Source: Ostrea edulis
Lineage: Eukaryota
Direction: 5' to 3'
Assembly: GCF_947568905.1 (NCBI RefSeq)
Contig: NC_079172.1
Coordinates: 27,032,001 to 27,096,000, forward strand
Length of the DNA stretch: 64,000 nt
The position numbers and the translations under genes are program-made. Under the pieces are notes generated by a model. The model was not told the origin of the DNA. It saw only the letters and a list, made by a program, of their open reading frames with translations, and did no database searches. This document shows, piece by piece, positions 60,182 through 64,000 of this stretch (positions are counted from its first letter, which is position 1; the number at the start of each line of letters is the position of its first letter).

Positions 60182-63168
60182 ATGAGTAACAGAACTGTAG
60201 GAGAGAGAGAGGATCCGTCTAGCACCATATCCTCCAGCCCTGCCGTCAACCTCCACAGCCATGCTGTCCATAGTCATTTATATCAAGAGCAACTGCAAGT
60301 ATGTACATGTGTGACTGGTCAGGCCTTAGACCTTTGAAATTCATTGATTGACGTTGGGCCAAAAGTAAATAAAATTATTCACATTCAGCCTTTTTTTTTT
60401 TCTACCATACATATGAGAATGGTACCTATACTCATTCCATTGGTCAAAATAGTGTAACTGTTTCATGTCACAAATGACATTTATTTTAAAGTTAACACTA
60501 AGTAAGCCATTTTTAAAAGAATAAACAAATGAACTAGTATTCATTGCTTACAATTTTACCAACGTGCACTAGCTATTTTATTGATCTCTACTTTGTATTT
60601 TTAATAGAAGAAGTGAAGAAATCAGATAACTTGTACAAGTTTCCATACAATGCAAATTATGAGCCTCAAATTACGATGCAATAGAAGTGTCTTACTGAGT
60701 ATTTTTTGCTTCAAAATTGGGGAAAACTTATTGTATTTGGCTTTGGGAATGGTACTATTTATTGTAGGGCTGTGCAGTGCATCGAAAATTTCGGTGTACC
60801 ACGATTCATACCATTCGATTCGATGCATCGATTACAAATTCCGGAGTTCGGTTCGGTTTAAATTTTACATGCACCAAAACAGCAAATATGGCGTCCGAGT
60901 GATGTGCAGAACATGTGGGTTTTTTATGCAACAGGGATTTAAATCACTATCGTGTTGAGAATTAGCATTTTCACCACTCGGATACGTAACAGAATATGGT
61001 CCGTAAGGTCATTGCAGTTTATCTTTACATGACATATAGCATTTCTGTCAGTGGTGAAATCAACATCGTAGGTAATGATACAGATTTGACAGTTAATATA
61101 AGAGAAGTAAATCAATAAAGGAGAGATTTTCAAAGACTCTCAATTGATAGAATTGTTGAATTTTTATGTATCAATGAAAACAATATCATATACATTTTAG
61201 ATTCACTATAGATTTGTTTAATAAATAATTAAAAATAATTGAATTGAATAATCCAAAACTTATGCAGCACATTAATATAACATTTTAATAGACTGTCAAT
61301 GTTTTCTTTTTTCAATCAAAGTTATAAAATGTCATTATAAATAGATATGATGTTTACAAATGACGACATATAGTTATATAACTTGAATAATATAAAATCA
61401 AAGATGCTACTCATTAAAATTGTTAATTTTTGTGCTATTATTAGATAAATTAGACCTAACATGAACCGAATCGAAAATAATCGAACCGTGGTGTTCAGAA
61501 TCGAAACCGAACCGAATCGAGCTAACCCTGAATCGTCCCAGCCCTAATTTATTGGTACCAGTTACACATACACATACACAGATATATATATATATATATA
61601 TATACAAGCTCTTATGGTAACTCGTGTACATAAGTAAGAGAATTAGTTAAAAATCCAACGTTTAGGCTACATTGTTTACCCTCATTTTCTGTCGTTTGAG
61701 TCATGTGACTTATGCAAGATGTCACCGTAACACATCTGCACAACTTGTACCAATAATTTTCAATTAACTAACATTCTAGAATGGGACATCATGATTATTC
61801 AAAAATAGATATTGATTGTATGTGTGGCTGCGATGTCAGTACTTTTCTTTCAACCATCATGCATGATTAGGCAAAAATTGTAAAACTAAACATCCAAGAA
61901 ATCAATTTTGAAAATAAGTTAATTGCTTTTAACGAATACATTTGGAAAAATATAAACTATTTAATTAACTATTTTCAAAAAAAGACATCAAAACAGTGAC
62001 AATTTTCCTTAATTTGATTCAGTTCACGATCAGTCATATTGAACACAGCTAGTTTGAGATAGATATTGTTTGACGCCTCATTCATGTCGTACAATTATGT
62101 TGTTAACACCGAAGCTAGATATGATGTCACAATTCACCGTTTACATCAACTGCATTATATTTCCTACATTAAATGAATAGGCAGATCAAATGTCTAAATT
62201 AGTGCTGCAAGATGATAAGATGTTTTGACAGCTGTCTATGCACATCCAGATAACTTTGGAATTTTTTTTATTCCACATTGCCTGTTGTGGATAAATCTAT
62301 ACATAAAAGTGTACACTGACTGTGCTTGCCCCAACAGTAACACTGTAAACTTATTATAAGAGGAAAAAACCTGAATCTTTATTTCCTCTAACCCAATTAA
62401 TCCATCGATTTTGCCGCCCACCAAAATTCTTTTTGCTTTTATGCTTTTAAAATTTTTAAAATATTCATGTTTGGTTTTCAATAAATGTATGGTTGTCAAC
62501 AGAATTGTATTCATCTTCAGATTGGGTCCTTGATATTACATGTACCTATACAACTGTACTACAGAATTGTAACTTGTTAGCAATTTGCCCATTCACAAAT
62601 TGCAATGTACTTAAAATTTCATTTGTGCGACAAGTAATGAAACCCTATCTAGTTGTTCACATCGTGAATGAAGTTTTTCATGAACATTCTTATTTACAAA
62701 TGTCTAATGAATTGTATCCTCAAACATTCCCATCTACAACTCAGATTGTATACTTTTACTTTCATTTTTCATGAAACAATTTTCTAACAAAGACCAAGAT
62801 CAAGCATATATGTTTATGTAGAAAATGAGGCAGTTTATCAAAAGGGTTTCAAAGCCCCCAGAAAAGAGTTGGGAATATTGAGGGAGCGTATAATAATGTA
62901 TAGAATGAAAGTTAGAAAACTGATGAGAGATAGAGTTGGAATGCTGGAAGGATATAAATTTTAAAAATTTGAAATTCGTAATTAAAAGTGAGAATATCTC
63001 TTTTGACCATTTCTCTGTATGTGTAATAGCTGTTGCAACATTGAATTTGATCAGTATCTTTTCCTCCTGTTCAGGCAGCATCGAAGACGTTAAACCAGAC
63101 AATGGTACCAATAAACCTGTCCAGTGGGAAAGCAGCTGAAGGGGCAAGTTTAGCCATTATTCCTCAAG
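60182..63168 (+). CDS. Probable first coding exons of an unidentified gene continuing beyond the window (exons 60164-60298 and 63075 to about 63168)
   Basis: Phase-0 join gives MSNRTVGEREDPSSTISSSPAVNLHSHAVHSHLYQEQLQ-AASKTLNQTMVPINLSSGKAAEGASLAIIPQG. Both acceptors are strong; the second donor is weak. A probable upstream UTR exon ends at 56950 (TTG|GTAAGT). Confidence 0.5.
60765..61546. mobile_element. Non-autonomous hAT-type element
   Basis: TAGGGCTG...CAGCCCTA termini; perfect 8-bp TSD ATTTATTG at 60757-60764 and 61547-61554; subterminal CGATTC/GAATCG repeats. Confidence 0.85.
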
Positions 63169-64000
63169 GTGCACAATCTCAAGTTTTTACTCTCAACTTC
63201 ATCAGCATTGCATTGTTGCATATTTTCACATACATATATACGGATCTGTATTTCACATGTCAATGTGAATCATAAGTTATTGTCAATAACTTTCACAATA
63301 TTCAAAGTAATGAAACATGATATGAAGCCACCCTTAGAAAATAATTGATTTGCTGCATGGAACTAACTCATCCAATTCTGGTCTACTCAAAATGTTTATA
63401 CCCCAGCATGACATGGCTGGGACATGCAGCATTACCCTTTCCTATCATTCCATCATAATTCAGTTTCTGCTTTGATATGTTATCTCTGCTATGTATGCAC
63501 ATATTCAGCTGAACTCTGAAACACGTGAATATCGGGCCAATTTTTTATTATCATTATCATTTATTTTATTTTTTTTGTTCTGGTTGAATAATTTTTTGAC
63601 AGAGTAGTGCCCCTTAGACTTAGAAAATTTCAAACAATTTATAGTTTCCACTTTTTATCTCAGTCACACATGGATTTTTTGAATTGAAATTTTGGATATC
63701 TAGAGAATATGCAGGTCAAGTTACCTTAAGGTTTCAGTCAGATCATTTTTGGCAGAGTTATGCCCCCTTTGAGTTAGAAATTTGTAAACAATGCAGTTTC
63801 TGCTTATTATCATATATATTTGAACATTTTAATTTCAAGTGTGGGATATACACTGTAGGTTACCCTGAAAATATGCAGATCAAGTTCATATTTGGTTCTA
63901 GTCCAATAATTTTTGGTGCTTTGCATTTAGAAAATTTCAAAGAATTCACGATTTCTGCACATTATCTCTGACAGTCATACATGAACATTTTGAATTAAAG

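Overview
AT-rich eukaryotic genomic DNA; the repeat content points to a bivalve, most likely an oyster (Ostreidae), which is an inference. The ORF track misses most real genes because they are spliced. Reading splice sites by hand gives four main results. (1) A cluster of three paralogous 3-exon genes (520-2505 +, 8295-9360 -, 21453-22485 +) encodes 148-151-aa secreted proteins with a conserved 5-Cys pattern resembling a stand-alone meteorin-type CUB domain. (2) A 10-coding-exon gene (30756-46672 +, 2174 aa) fuses a highly divergent nuclear-receptor C4 DNA-binding domain (P-box CLSCSV) to about 9 C2H2/C2HC fingers, several SUMO-interacting-like motifs and a 7-aa repeat, with no recognisable ligand-binding domain. 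(3) The probable 5' exons of a further + strand gene lie at about 56.9-63.2 kb. (4) There is a dense TE landscape: an intact DD37E Tc1/mariner element, a CR1-type LINE with an inverted 5' part, two exactly consecutive Gypsy pol pieces 25 kb apart, Penelope-like 3' fragments, SINEs, Helentron-like elements, MITEs and hairpins. One 142-N assembly gap is present.
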